From NCBI GenBank assembly GCA_021773295.1, contig JAJFKI010000097.1, forward strand, positions 2,508-66,507: a stretch of 64,000 nucleotides of DNA, read 5' to 3'. Made by a program: the position numbers and the translations under genes. Below the pieces are notes generated by a model. It ran no database searches and was not told the DNA's origin. It worked only from the letters and a program-made list of their open reading frames with translations. The stretch comes from Gammaproteobacteria bacterium (GTDB lineage: Bacteria > Pseudomonadota > Gammaproteobacteria > UBA1113). Shown one piece after another: positions 1 to 8,679 of this stretch; position 1 is the first letter of the stretch; every line of letters starts with the position of its first letter.

Positions 1-926
1 TTTCCACTCATTAATGCATTGGCGACGCTGAAGGCTTTCACGGTTGAACCCGGCTCAAAGACATCCGTCACGGCTCGGTTACGATACTGACTACCAGAGC
101 GCTTTGGCCGAATGTTTGGATTAAAAGAAGGATAATTTGCCATGGCTAACACTTCGCCGCTGTGTACATCCATCACCACAACCGATCCTGATTGCGCTTT
201 GTTTTCTCTTACGGCTTTTTTCAAAGCACCATACGCCAAAAATTGTATATGATGATCTAAGCTCAATTGTAATTTATGTCCCGGTTCTGCTTTTTGAATG
301 GTATCCATCACGGCAACCACATGACCTAAGCGATCTTTTAACACACGCTCTTTGCCTGGCTTACCCGCCAACCAACGGTCAAACTCTAATTCAATGCCTT
401 CCTGGCCTTTGTCATCAATATTAGTAAACCCCATGGCTTGCGCGAACACTGCGCCATCGGGATAATAACGCCTGTATTCCGGCAAAAAGTGCACGCCGGG
501 GATTTTTAAGGCTTTGACTTTATCCGTTTGCCGAGGCGGTAATTGACGCTTTATATAAATGAATTCTTTATTTTTATTATGGGCTAGGCGTTTGCGAATG
601 ATACTGGGTTTCTCATGAATGATTTTCGCGACTCGCTGAATGTTGGTTTCATTGCTCACAAATTCTTGTGGGTTTATCCAAATGGATGTGACAGGCGTTG
701 TAATGGCTAAGGGATACCCTTGACGATCGGTTACCATACCGCGAAGCGCTGGCATTGATATCGTACGCAGCGTACGAGCATCGCCTTGTTGCATTAAGAA
801 AGGCCGTTGCACAATACTCAATTGCACCATTCTTCCAAATAGTGCTGTGATTAGTAAACCGATAGCAATAATTACAAAATAAAAACGCCACCAAGCACAT
901 TTGTACTGCGTACCATCTCCAATCAC
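1..926 (-). CDS. ftsI: Peptidoglycan D,D-transpeptidase FtsI (PBP3), N-terminal ~308 aa; C-terminus lies beyond the window start
   Basis: Minus-strand frame translates to ...NRAVTDVFEPGSTVKAF... (STVK active-site box) and RLAHNKNKEFIYIKRQ...IPGVHF..RRYYP, matching E. coli FtsI. The N-terminal TM segment is present. A GTG start at 924-926 overlaps the ftsL stop TGA (GTGA coupling). Absent from the ORF track because the ORF runs off the window edge. Confidence 0.85.
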   Translation of the reverse strand, partial: MIGDGTQYKCAWWRFYFVIIAIGLLITALFGRMVQLSIVQRPFLMQQGDARTLRTISMPALRGMVTDRQGYPLAITTPVTSIWINPQEFVSNETNIQRVAKIIHEKPSIIRKRLAHNKNKEFIYIKRQLPPRQTDKVKALKIPGVHFLPEYRRYYPDGAVFAQAMGFTNIDDKGQEGIELEFDRWLAGKPGKERVLKDRLGHVVAVMDTIQKAEPGHKLQLSLDHHIQFLAYGALKKAVRENKAQSGSVVVMDVHSGEVLAMANYPSFNPNIRPKRSGSQYRNRAVTDVFEPGSTVKAFSVANALMSG

Positions 927-1261
927 GACCTCACCATAATGATGGCTTGTTGCTGCGGCGTTATCATGCCTTGATCGGTAGCCACCTGTTGGATATGCAC
1001 GGGGTTAGACCAAGTACTGCGTTCCAATAATAATTGGCCCCACTGGTCTTGTAGAGATTGGCGTTCTTCCACTAAGGATTGTTGCGTTGAGACTAATTGT
1101 CTCTCTAAACAACGCACATACACCACTGACACGGCGGACAATAATACGGCTGTTATCAAAGCCGTTAGCATTAATGTACGACTGGAAACTTTTAAATAAT
1201 CCAACCATTGACTGATGACAAACCATGGGGTTTGTGTAGCGATTCTTGTAGCGGTTACCAT
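923..1261 (-). CDS. ftsL: Cell division protein FtsL
   Basis: 112 aa, single TM then a leucine-zipper-like region (LVEERQSLQDQWGQLLLERSTWSNPVHIQQVA) that aligns with E. coli FtsL. Position between rsmH and ftsI fits. Confidence 0.8.
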   Translation of the reverse strand: MVTATRIATQTPWFVISQWLDYLKVSSRTLMLTALITAVLLSAVSVVYVRCLERQLVSTQQSLVEERQSLQDQWGQLLLERSTWSNPVHIQQVATDQGMITPQQQAIIMVRS

Positions 1262-2193
1262 GATAGTTTCTCCGCTACTCGTAAGATAGCACTTCGGGCC
1301 CTAGGATTCATTGCCACTTCATTGTTGCTTGCACGTTGTGCTTTACCGATTAATTTCACCCGACGTTTGATATCTTCAGGTGCCACCGGTATCTCGCGCG
1401 GCAATGAATCCCCTTTGGCCTCCCCACGCAGAAATCGTTTAACTATTCTGTCTTCTAAAGAGTGAAAACTAATTACCGCTAAGCGCCCCTTTGGGCATAA
1501 TAAAGAGAGCGCTTGCGGTAATACTGCCTTTAAATCGTCTAACTCTTTATTAATATAAATTCGGATCGCTTGGAATGATTGGGTTGCTGGATGTTTGCCT
1601 TTTTCCCAGGCTGGATGAGCTTTCGCAATAATGTCTGCTAACTGTTTAGTGCGAGTGATGGGTGTTTCAGCGCGCGCGCTCACAATGGCACGGCTGATGC
1701 GTTTTGCAAAGCGCTCTTCACCGTAGATTTTTAAAACTGAAATCATGTCTTCTTCTGATGCTGATTGAATCCAGTCGGCGGCGCTGATACCTTGGGTGGT
1801 ATCCATGCGCATATCTAATGGTCCATCTCTTCGAAAACTAAACCCTCTATCGGCTGTTTCTAATTGAGGAGAGGACACACCCAAGTCTAGCAAGATGCCA
1901 TTGACGTTACCTGTGATGTGATTCTGTTCTGCTAACTGTTCCATCATAGCAAATGAACCTTGTTTTAATGTTAACCGATCATCCTTGATGCGGCGTTGCC
2001 CAAATTCAATCGCTTGCGCGTCTTTATCAAACGAAAACAAGCGCCCATTTGGCCCTAATCTTTCAAGAATCCCCTGGCTATGGCCACCTCGGCCAAAAGT
2101 CCCATCGACGTAAATGCCATCCGGCACAATCGCCAATGCCTCAAGGGCTTCTTCAAAGAGAACCGGTTTGTGTTGTTCATCATGTTTTGACAT
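1255..2193 (-). CDS. rsmH: 16S rRNA (cytosine1402-N4)-methyltransferase RsmH/MraW
   Basis: Has GTFGRGGHS and the PLDMRMD motif family; 312 aa; sits between mraZ and ftsL. Confidence 0.95.
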   Translation of the reverse strand: MSKHDEQHKPVLFEEALEALAIVPDGIYVDGTFGRGGHSQGILERLGPNGRLFSFDKDAQAIEFGQRRIKDDRLTLKQGSFAMMEQLAEQNHITGNVNGILLDLGVSSPQLETADRGFSFRRDGPLDMRMDTTQGISAADWIQSASEEDMISVLKIYGEERFAKRISRAIVSARAETPITRTKQLADIIAKAHPAWEKGKHPATQSFQAIRIYINKELDDLKAVLPQALSLLCPKGRLAVISFHSLEDRIVKRFLRGEAKGDSLPREIPVAPEDIKRRVKLIGKAQRASNNEVAMNPRARSAILRVAEKLSW

Positions 2194-2195
2194 CG

Positions 2196-2654
2196 TTAAA
2201 GGGATAATTGTTGTAATTCTACTGGTATTTCTTCCACATCTTTCTCTGTGTTAGAAAACCATGATTCCCTTTGATCTAACCAACCCAGTTCACTCCAAAT
2301 TTCAAATTTCTTACCTTGCCCAACAAGCATTACTTTCTTTTCTAAACCAGCGTAGTCGCGCAAGACTGGCGGGACTAAAATCCTGCCATTGGCGTCGATT
2401 TCTACGTCGGTGGCGTGCCCGATCAATAATCGTTGGATACGACGCGCCGCTGTATTAAAACTCGGTAATGCCGTTATTTTTTTCTCAATAATTTCCCATT
2501 CTGGTAGTGGATAGAGTAAAAGGCATGGCGCATCCGTATCAATCGTGACCACCAGGTTACCTAGCGCGCTATCTACAAGCGCATCACGGTAACGAGCTGG
2601 CATTGCCACTCGCCCTTTCGTATCCATATTTAGAGCATTTATACCTCGAAACAT
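2196..2654 (-). CDS. mraZ: Transcriptional regulator MraZ (start trimmed to the internal Met; the track ORF extends to 2741)
   Basis: [24 protein letters not shown]...LYPLPEWE matches MraZ (E. coli MFRGATLVNLDSKGRLSVP...). 153 aa from the ATG at 2652-2654. The upstream extension would swallow the promoter and operator. Confidence 0.9.
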   Translation of the reverse strand: MFRGINALNMDTKGRVAMPARYRDALVDSALGNLVVTIDTDAPCLLLYPLPEWEIIEKKITALPSFNTAARRIQRLLIGHATDVEIDANGRILVPPVLRDYAGLEKKVMLVGQGKKFEIWSELGWLDQRESWFSNTEKDVEEIPVELQQLSL

Positions 2655-2660
2655 GACCTT

Positions 2661-2690
2661 ATACCACAATTTCCCACAATTTCCCACAAC
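2661..2690 (-). promoter_or_regulatory. Putative MraZ operator: three TGGGA/TGGTA boxes at 10-bp spacing directly upstream of the mraZ start, with a TTGACA-like -35 just beyond
   Basis: Minus strand reads ttgtgggaaattgtgggaaattgtggtat. E. coli MraZ binds TGGGN direct repeats in Pmra; the position here, -7 to -36 from the ATG, is analogous. Confidence 0.55.
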
Positions 2691-2977
2691 GGTACAAAAT
2701 AATATGGTACACAAGTTAGGTATTGTCAAGAAAGGGGGCAAAATTATTCTAAGTTTGATCGAGTGGGTTATTTTTTGTGCTGATGGATGGCCTGATCACC
2801 CACTTTTTATTTATTCAGATTAAATAGGAGCGTTGGCCATTTGCAAAAGCATTAGCTCCTCGCTTATGAAATGATGTAATCGATCCCGTGATCATAGGCT
2901 AACCGCAGTAACTTTAAGTTCGCGCCCTTAGGATGCACCTCTCCTCGCTCCCGTTTTTGATAAGTAGAACGCTAATA

Positions 2978-3583
2978 CTAAGCGCCTGGTGGGAGGCAGC
3001 GTGGCAGCGCAAAAGGGCTTTTAGGACGGTATGATGGGCGGTTTTTTAAGTCTTGTTCCAGTTCTTTATTATTGAGATTTTCTAAGGCTTCATCTAAGTC
3101 TTTGTCATTGACTTTGACGACACCTGGTCTTGGTGCTAGCAAATGTGTATTTTGATATAAGCTTTCGAGAAATTTATCATGGTGACTGCCGTTGGGGATG
3201 CTAAGAATTAACCGATTGCCAACCATTTTCACTTTGTAATTGACCACGGATAAACCTTGTGATTGTAGTTGGCGGATAAACGCTTGAAATAAGTCTTTAA
3301 CGGTAAGAAAAATGTTGACTCGTCGCTTTAATGAATATGGATTTTTAAGGCGGTTTGCTTCATTGATAAAGCTAAATGTTAACAGTATGGCAACGTTTGA
3401 ATAAGGCTTTGGGGTACCAGTGCCTTGACCGGTTTGCTGATCGGAGTCTTCGCCGCCACTATCAGTACCACATTGACAGCCAACAAAACCACCCGCATTG
3501 CATTTGCCGCATGAACTAAGGTTCTTTGCGTCAATGGCAATGTCGCTGGCTAATTGGGATTGTGTTGCGGTATCTGTATTCAT
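2978..3583 (-). CDS. Hypothetical protein, 201 aa. N-terminal Cys cluster (CGKCNAGGFVGCQCG) plus a G/D/T-rich low-complexity stretch; C-terminal globular part has no family assignment
   Basis: Long ORF in an otherwise ORF-free 0.9-kb spacer, co-oriented and 90 bp downstream of the TA pair. No motif recognised. Confidence 0.45.
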   Translation of the reverse strand: MNTDTATQSQLASDIAIDAKNLSSCGKCNAGGFVGCQCGTDSGGEDSDQQTGQGTGTPKPYSNVAILLTFSFINEANRLKNPYSLKRRVNIFLTVKDLFQAFIRQLQSQGLSVVNYKVKMVGNRLILSIPNGSHHDKFLESLYQNTHLLAPRPGVVKVNDKDLDEALENLNNKELEQDLKNRPSYRPKSPFALPRCLPPGA

Positions 3584-3672
3584 AATGTGTCATATTTTAT
3601 ACTAAATTGGGATGAGATACAAACTGAGGAGATTAAGGTGACTGATTATCCTAGAAACGGTCGTTTCTAGGA

Positions 3673-4008
3673 TTATGTCAATGCCACCTTAAGCCAACCA
3701 TGACTATCTGCTTTTCCAGCATGACTTTTAACAATAATTTCGACATCTTGATTCAATAAATTTAAGAAATGAATGAGTTTTTCCATGGAGAACCCGCTTA
3801 GTCTACCATTCATCAATGCAGACACTTTTGGTTGGTTTATACCGAGAATTTTAGCTGCTTCGACTTGTTTTAATTGGTTTTGAGTGATGACTTCTTCAAT
3901 GCGCATGGCAAGTTTCGCTTTTGCTAAGCGTTCTTCAGAATCTTCAAATCCTAAGTCTTGGTATACATTACCACTACCTTGTGTAAATTGATTATTCATT
4001 GTCTTCAC
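3673..4008 (-). CDS. HTH XRE-family antitoxin (HigA-like)
   Basis: 111 aa with a Cro/C1-type helix-turn-helix (QLKQVEAAKILGINQPKVSALMNGR). 4-bp overlap with the upstream toxin gene. Confidence 0.75.
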   Translation of the reverse strand: MKTMNNQFTQGSGNVYQDLGFEDSEERLAKAKLAMRIEEVITQNQLKQVEAAKILGINQPKVSALMNGRLSGFSMEKLIHFLNLLNQDVEIIVKSHAGKADSHGWLKVALT

Positions 4009-4355
4009 CTGCTATGTTGTATTGCTTCACATAAACGTTGTTTTATTAACGCTATTTCTTTTTTCGGCGTTTTTCTACCGAACTTTGATTTTTTCTGAAA
4101 GCAATGCAAAACATACACTGCTTCACCAAGTTTTACCGTATAAATAGCACGGTATGTGTTCGTATCAAAATCAGAGACTATCTCCATCACCATTGATTTA
4201 AACGCCTTCCCCTTTAAAGGTTTAGCATTTCTAGGCACAAATCCTTTTTGAGCTTGGTAAAGTGAGTATCCGATCCCATCTTTTACTTCCTCAGGGAATT
4301 CCTTCAAGTTTTTGAGAGCATCTCTCATCCATATAATCTTTTTTGATGTTTCCAT
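4005..4355 (-). CDS. Gp49/DUF891-type RelE/HigB-like toxin
   Basis: 116 aa. KKIIWMRDALKNLKEFPEEVKDGIGYSLYQAQKG...YRAIYTVKLGEAVYVLHCFQKKS is the phage Gp49-like toxin pattern. Sits 5' of the HTH antitoxin (HigBA order). Confidence 0.7.
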   Translation of the reverse strand: METSKKIIWMRDALKNLKEFPEEVKDGIGYSLYQAQKGFVPRNAKPLKGKAFKSMVMEIVSDFDTNTYRAIYTVKLGEAVYVLHCFQKKSKFGRKTPKKEIALIKQRLCEAIQHSR

Positions 4356-4377
4356 TTATTTTATCCTAGATTTGGGA

Positions 4378-4466
4378 TATTGCAAGTGTTTATTTATAAA
4401 GCCGCGTAAAATCAATAATTTGTTTGTGTATTTTTATATTATAATCAAAAGAATTGACTTGCAAGT
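4378..4466 (-). promoter_or_regulatory. Promoter/operator region of the TA operon with two TTGCAAGT palindromic sites (ATTGCAAGTG at 4378-4387; perfect palindrome ACTTGCAAGT at 4457-4466)
   Basis: Palindromes seen directly; located 25 and 100 bp upstream of the toxin ATG in an AT-rich region. Typical architecture for TA autoregulation. Confidence 0.35.
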
Positions 4467-4492
4467 TTGAAACGGGCCGATGGAAAGGTATA

Positions 4493-4837
4493 AAGTTGAG
4501 TTGGCCGATAAGCCGGGTTCTGTCGTGGGTAATCATTCATCTGGGATGATTGTCGCCAATCACCTCGTGCGACCAACCCGGGCTCAGCGCGAGCAACGCC
4601 AATGAGCCCCTATTTGGTCTTGCTCCAGGTGGGGTTTACCTTGCCACTGATGTTACCACCAGCGCGGTGCGCTCTTACCGCACCATTTCACCCTTACCTT
4701 AATCCGAAGATTATGGCGGTATTCTTTCTGTTGCACTTGCCGTAGGCTTGCGCCTCCCAGGCGTTACCTGGCACCCTGCTCTTTGGAGCCCGGACTTTCC
4801 TCTGTGCAAAGCACAGCGACTACCTGGCCAACTCAGC
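4493..4837 (-). ncRNA. rnpB: RNase P RNA (M1 RNA), type A
   Basis: Minus strand carries GGAAAGTCCGGGCTCCA (P4), AGGGTGCCAGGTAACGCCTGGG, GGTAAGGGTGAAA..GGTGCGGTAAGAGCGCACC, and ACAGAACCCGGCTTATCGGCCAACTC at the 3' end pairing with GAGTTGGCC at the 5' end (P1). A TGT-TATACT extended -10 sits at 4843-4851. The track ORF 4711..4977(-) is a spurious overlap. Confidence 0.92.
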
Positions 4838-4853
4838 GTGGGAGTATAACATA

Positions 4854-7800
4854 CTAGATACGCGCGGCCATGGGTTGAGAGGTCGACTCTTGTATTAAGT
4901 AAGCTTCTAAGCTTTTTATGACGTCTTCTAATTCTGGGATTAATTGGTAAAGTCTGGCTGAAATCGCGACAGTCCATTCGTGGGCGGCTCTGTTGCGATG
5001 TTCTATGAGTGTGTTTAGATAGTCTATTGTTTTTTGCTGATCGCCTGGTGATAAATCCTGTAGGCTTTCTGCGAATGCAGATTTATCATGCCGTGTTTGA
5101 AGTTTCCATGCATCGCCAATTTGGATGAAGAGTGATCGTAACAGCAATGCTTGTCGACGATTTGTGATCCCTTGTTTTGCAATTTCTTGTAGCTTTAATA
5201 AATAGTAATGCAGATACCACAGTGAGTTTTTTCGATCATAGTAATTTGGTCGTTCACCTTGTGCCGTTAGCCATTCCATGTGAGTTTTATAGACAGCTGT
5301 GTTTTGAAGTGCTATCTCTAAAGAGTTTACTTTGCATGGCTCGCAGACTTTTAGCTTATGATATAAATCTTGCAAATCAGTATAGCTTAGTTCCTTTAAG
5401 TGATGCCTGATGATGTGGCGCATACTTATCATTAACCGCCTATCGTTAATTTCACCCGTGATCATTCTATTTTTATCTAATAATGCCAAGAAGATACTAA
5501 GAGCCCAGCCACGCATACACAACAACTTATCTTCTTCTGGCATGCCTGTGTGCTTAATGATTTCAAATTCTGCAACCATTAATTTAAAAACATGAGGAGT
5601 ATCACGTTGACTCGATGAGCCATTGCTTTCTTTTGTTTTTCTTTTTCCTTTACCTTTACCCTTAGTTTTTTGCACTTTATAAGGATCTTTACTATCCTCG
5701 GAACGTGGTATTGGAACCCAAGCTGCTGAAAATATATCTGTTCTAGATATTGAGGAAGGTGCCGAGGATGAAGAGGAAGACGATGAAGATGCAATTAGAG
5801 TAGAGTATGTCTGTGATCTTACTGTTATAGGATTGCTATCCGTTACGGTTGCAGTTGAAGTAAAAGCGTTTGGCCGAACCGTGCTAGCTGCAGGAGGGAT
5901 TGCGACACCTCTTGTCTTTTGCTTGGCTGTTACAGGCGCTTTGCCACGTCTTGATAAATTATCATAGGCTTTTTCCACGTCTTTCTTTACCCTATCTATA
6001 GTCAATTGAGTACTCGAGACTTTCCTTGCAACGCCTGTTAATGTTTTATCTGCACTCTCTAGCCGCGCCTCAAAAGTTTTAAGTGCTGCATCACTCTCAG
6101 GCAGTGCTTGCGATACTTGAGCAATAAGCTTGGATAATGAACTCATACTTATTTTTTTAAAATCCAACACACGGCTGTTCAGCGACTCAATCCCTTTGTC
6201 AAAGACTCTTAAACTCGTATTAGCATCTGTGACTGCTGCTTTTTTAGATCCCACCCACGCAACAGCCGCAGTTAAACTAGCCGCCAGTGGCTCATAAGTA
6301 GTTTGCAGTGATGCAAACTTTTGTTGAGTCTCATCCTGTTGTGCAGAAAGCTGTTGCAAATGTATTTCTCTTTCTTTTGCCACCTGCTGTTCTTTTATTG
6401 CCTGTAACGTTGATTGGTAGTCAGCGCTGTGTTGCAACAGTAAACCTTCCATTTCTTGGTGATAGTGATAGCAAGCATTATCATCACTCAAAATGGGTAT
6501 ATTAATGCTGATCTTCACAATGTTATCAATCATTTTAACACTGCCATTAATGTCTGCAGACTCGACAAGTTCTTTTAATGCAGCCACTCTTTCTTCTCTC
6601 GACATGGTATATTCTATACCTTGGTGCCGATACTGTTGATGGTGCTCTAACACTATTCTGACTTTCATATGGGCTTCATCAAAAATAAGATTATTATTTT
6701 CGTTCCTCAGCTCTTGTAAACCTTCTACCTCACAAGATTGAATCTGCCCATTGATGCAAGCAATAATTTTAATGAAATTTTTTGCATGTCTTTCACCTTG
6801 TCGCACGTCTTCCTTAATTTGTTGTCTTCTTTGCTGCAGCTGTAATCTCTCACGCTGAATACGTTCCCGATAAAGTAATTGATGTATAACTCTAAAAGAT
6901 TTTTTAATAAACAACACCGAAAAATAGGAAAGTGATCCTATCGCACCGAGCATCAGTGAGAATAAAGAAACAATAATCAATTTATATTGATATGAGGCGC
7001 TCCAAAGAAGCTTCAATCCCACGTAAAATGGTTGCGAATAGGATAGAAGATCTCTCACCTCGTCATCAGTAGTTAATAAAAATGGATATCTTCCGTCAAC
7101 AGACATGGTGTGTTTTGCATTATTATCAATCAGCAACTTTACAAGATTTTTATTATTTAGTTGCGCAGCCAGATGCAGTGGGGTCACACCCAAAGGGCTC
7201 ACAATATTTGGATCAGCGCCTAGTTTCAATAAATGTCCAGCCATTTCTATATGGTTTCCCGCGACTGCATAATGCAATAACGATAAACTAGATGGATAGG
7301 AGCCATCTTGCCTAACGGCGTTCAGCTCAATTCCTGGAAGGGATAAAAAGTAGGAGACGAACTCTGGTTTATCTTTAGCAACCGCGAGTAGTAATATGGA
7401 GTTACCTTCACTATTAGTCTTGCCAACACGTAAGCCTCTGTCAACTAATAGCTTCATAACATCTAATCTATCAAAATCTATTGCAGTAATCGCTATACTT
7501 TCTAAGTGACTTTGCTTCTCAGTAGCATCAATATCTTTTAAATAGGCATCTAGCAAAAAGTTTTCTAACATTGACGTTTTGTTTTTTTCCGTAGCGTGCT
7601 TTAGTAAGGTATACGTACCCACCAAAGATTTTTCGGAACAAAAGCCCTCTTTACAAAATGCCGCTAACTGCTTGTCATCGTCCTCATCAATCAAACGAAG
7701 TAAATACTGCGTTGCTGGTGTAGGTTGAATCGTGAAGTGGTCAATGATGCGCGCTGTAATATGCTCGTATTGCAGTAAGTAGCCCGCCGCTTGTAAGGCA

Positions 7801-8612
7801 TCTTCACTAGAATCATCAAGACAGTAAGTTAGCGCATGGTGGTTTTTATTATCAAATTGATTGTAAGCATTGGACGCTTTGCCTAATACCCTGATCGCAG
7901 CCATGAACCCACCCGCCTGTTTTACCATGCTTGCAAATGGATGGCTAACACGGTCTTCCATAAACGTTGCCGTTGTCGATGAACCTGAGATCTGTTCAAT
8001 CACGCTTTCATGAGGCTGCTTAATCACTGTCGAAGCCAGTTGATGAATCGCCTGTCTATGTTGAAGATCCTGATGAAGCATGAGTGAGGGATCAGTTTCC
8101 ATTGGAAACAAAGCGCTATGACCATCGTCTCGTCGTCTTGTCGGCGCTGCTTGGGCCGTAGGGATCATGCTAAAGGCAAGATACAATAAACAAAGTCCCA
8201 GCAAAAATTTAATCGGATCACGCTGAATAGCTTCCCAAAGTTCTTGCAATTTCATCCATAAAAAAAGCTGAAATAACTCGGATTGCGATAGCGGGTTTAA
8301 AGCCGCTAACTGATCCTTCAATTCTAAAAACTCTGCTGTTTCTTGGAATCGATAAGGGTAAGCGGCATCGGCATTATCACTATGCACGAGTATACGATGG
8401 CGTTCTTTAAATGCCTCAGAATCAACATAATAACTCAGATCTTGTACCAATAGGGGATAAAATGGGTATGGTTGATGCTCATATGCTTTAATAATAGCAA
8501 GTACGCTTTTCGTATCACCAGCATCACGCCAATGCTTGAGAGCCTCTTTCGTTTCGTGCAAGGCCCCAGCAGCAGTAATAAGGGTAGGTTCTGTACTCAT
8601 CTTTAATTCCAC
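4854..8612 (-). CDS. Giant ankyrin-repeat protein (1252 aa): N-terminal domain, >=3 ANK repeats, a TM helix, ~350-aa coiled-coil region, poly-Ser, a KGKGKGKRKTK basic patch, and a C-terminal domain. Candidate secreted eukaryotic-like effector
   Basis: ANK consensus visible (LLHYAVAGNHIEMAGHLLKLGADPN...GVTPLHLAAQLNNKNLVKLLI). Hydrophobic segments and heptad-rich Q/E/K/L region. Has its own TTGATA-17-AATAAT-like promoter in the 67-bp gap after rsmI. Confidence 0.7.
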   Translation of the reverse strand: MELKMSTEPTLITAAGALHETKEALKHWRDAGDTKSVLAIIKAYEHQPYPFYPLLVQDLSYYVDSEAFKERHRILVHSDNADAAYPYRFQETAEFLELKDQLAALNPLSQSELFQLFLWMKLQELWEAIQRDPIKFLLGLCLLYLAFSMIPTAQAAPTRRRDDGHSALFPMETDPSLMLHQDLQHRQAIHQLASTVIKQPHESVIEQISGSSTTATFMEDRVSHPFASMVKQAGGFMAAIRVLGKASNAYNQFDNKNHHALTYCLDDSSEDALQAAGYLLQYEHITARIIDHFTIQPTPATQYLLRLIDEDDDKQLAAFCKEGFCSEKSLVGTYTLLKHATEKNKTSMLENFLLDAYLKDIDATEKQSHLESIAITAIDFDRLDVMKLLVDRGLRVGKTNSEGNSILLLAVAKDKPEFVSYFLSLPGIELNAVRQDGSYPSSLSLLHYAVAGNHIEMAGHLLKLGADPNIVSPLGVTPLHLAAQLNNKNLVKLLIDNNAKHTMSVDGRYPFLLTTDDEVRDLLSYSQPFYVGLKLLWSASYQYKLIIVSLFSLMLGAIGSLSYFSVLFIKKSFRVIHQLLYRERIQRERLQLQQRRQQIKEDVRQGERHAKNFIKIIACINGQIQSCEVEGLQELRNENNNLIFDEAHMKVRIVLEHHQQYRHQGIEYTMSREERVAALKELVESADINGSVKMIDNIVKISINIPILSDDNACYHYHQEMEGLLLQHSADYQSTLQAIKEQQVAKEREIHLQQLSAQQDETQQKFASLQTTYEPLAASLTAAVAWVGSKKAAVTDANTSLRVFDKGIESLNSRVLDFKKISMSSLSKLIAQVSQALPESDAALKTFEARLESADKTLTGVARKVSSTQLTIDRVKKDVEKAYDNLSRRGKAPVTAKQKTRGVAIPPAASTVRPNAFTSTATVTDSNPITVRSQTYSTLIASSSSSSSSSAPSSISRTDIFSAAWVPIPRSEDSKDPYKVQKTKGKGKGKRKTKESNGSSSQRDTPHVFKLMVAEFEIIKHTGMPEEDKLLCMRGWALSIFLALLDKNRMITGEINDRRLMISMRHIIRHHLKELSYTDLQDLYHKLKVCEPCKVNSLEIALQNTAVYKTHMEWLTAQGERPNYYDRKNSLWYLHYYLLKLQEIAKQGITNRRQALLLRSLFIQIGDAWKLQTRHDKSAFAESLQDLSPGDQQKTIDYLNTLIEHRNRAAHEWTVAISARLYQLIPELEDVIKSLEAYLIQESTSQPMAARI

Positions 8613-8679
8613 TCAATGTTCTGTAATTATTCGCGCTGTGCAGAATCTTATCAATTTTGACTGGGAAAAGCAATGGTTT

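Noticed and set aside
137-900. ORFs 137..424(+) and 649..900(-)
   Set aside because: They are out-of-frame overlaps of the ftsI coding region, whose frame gives clear PBP3 motifs.
4711-4977. 88-aa ORF on the minus strand
   Set aside because: It lies entirely within or overlaps the RNase P RNA gene, whose conserved P4 and other motifs explain the sequence conservation. A GC-rich structured RNA generates open frames by chance.
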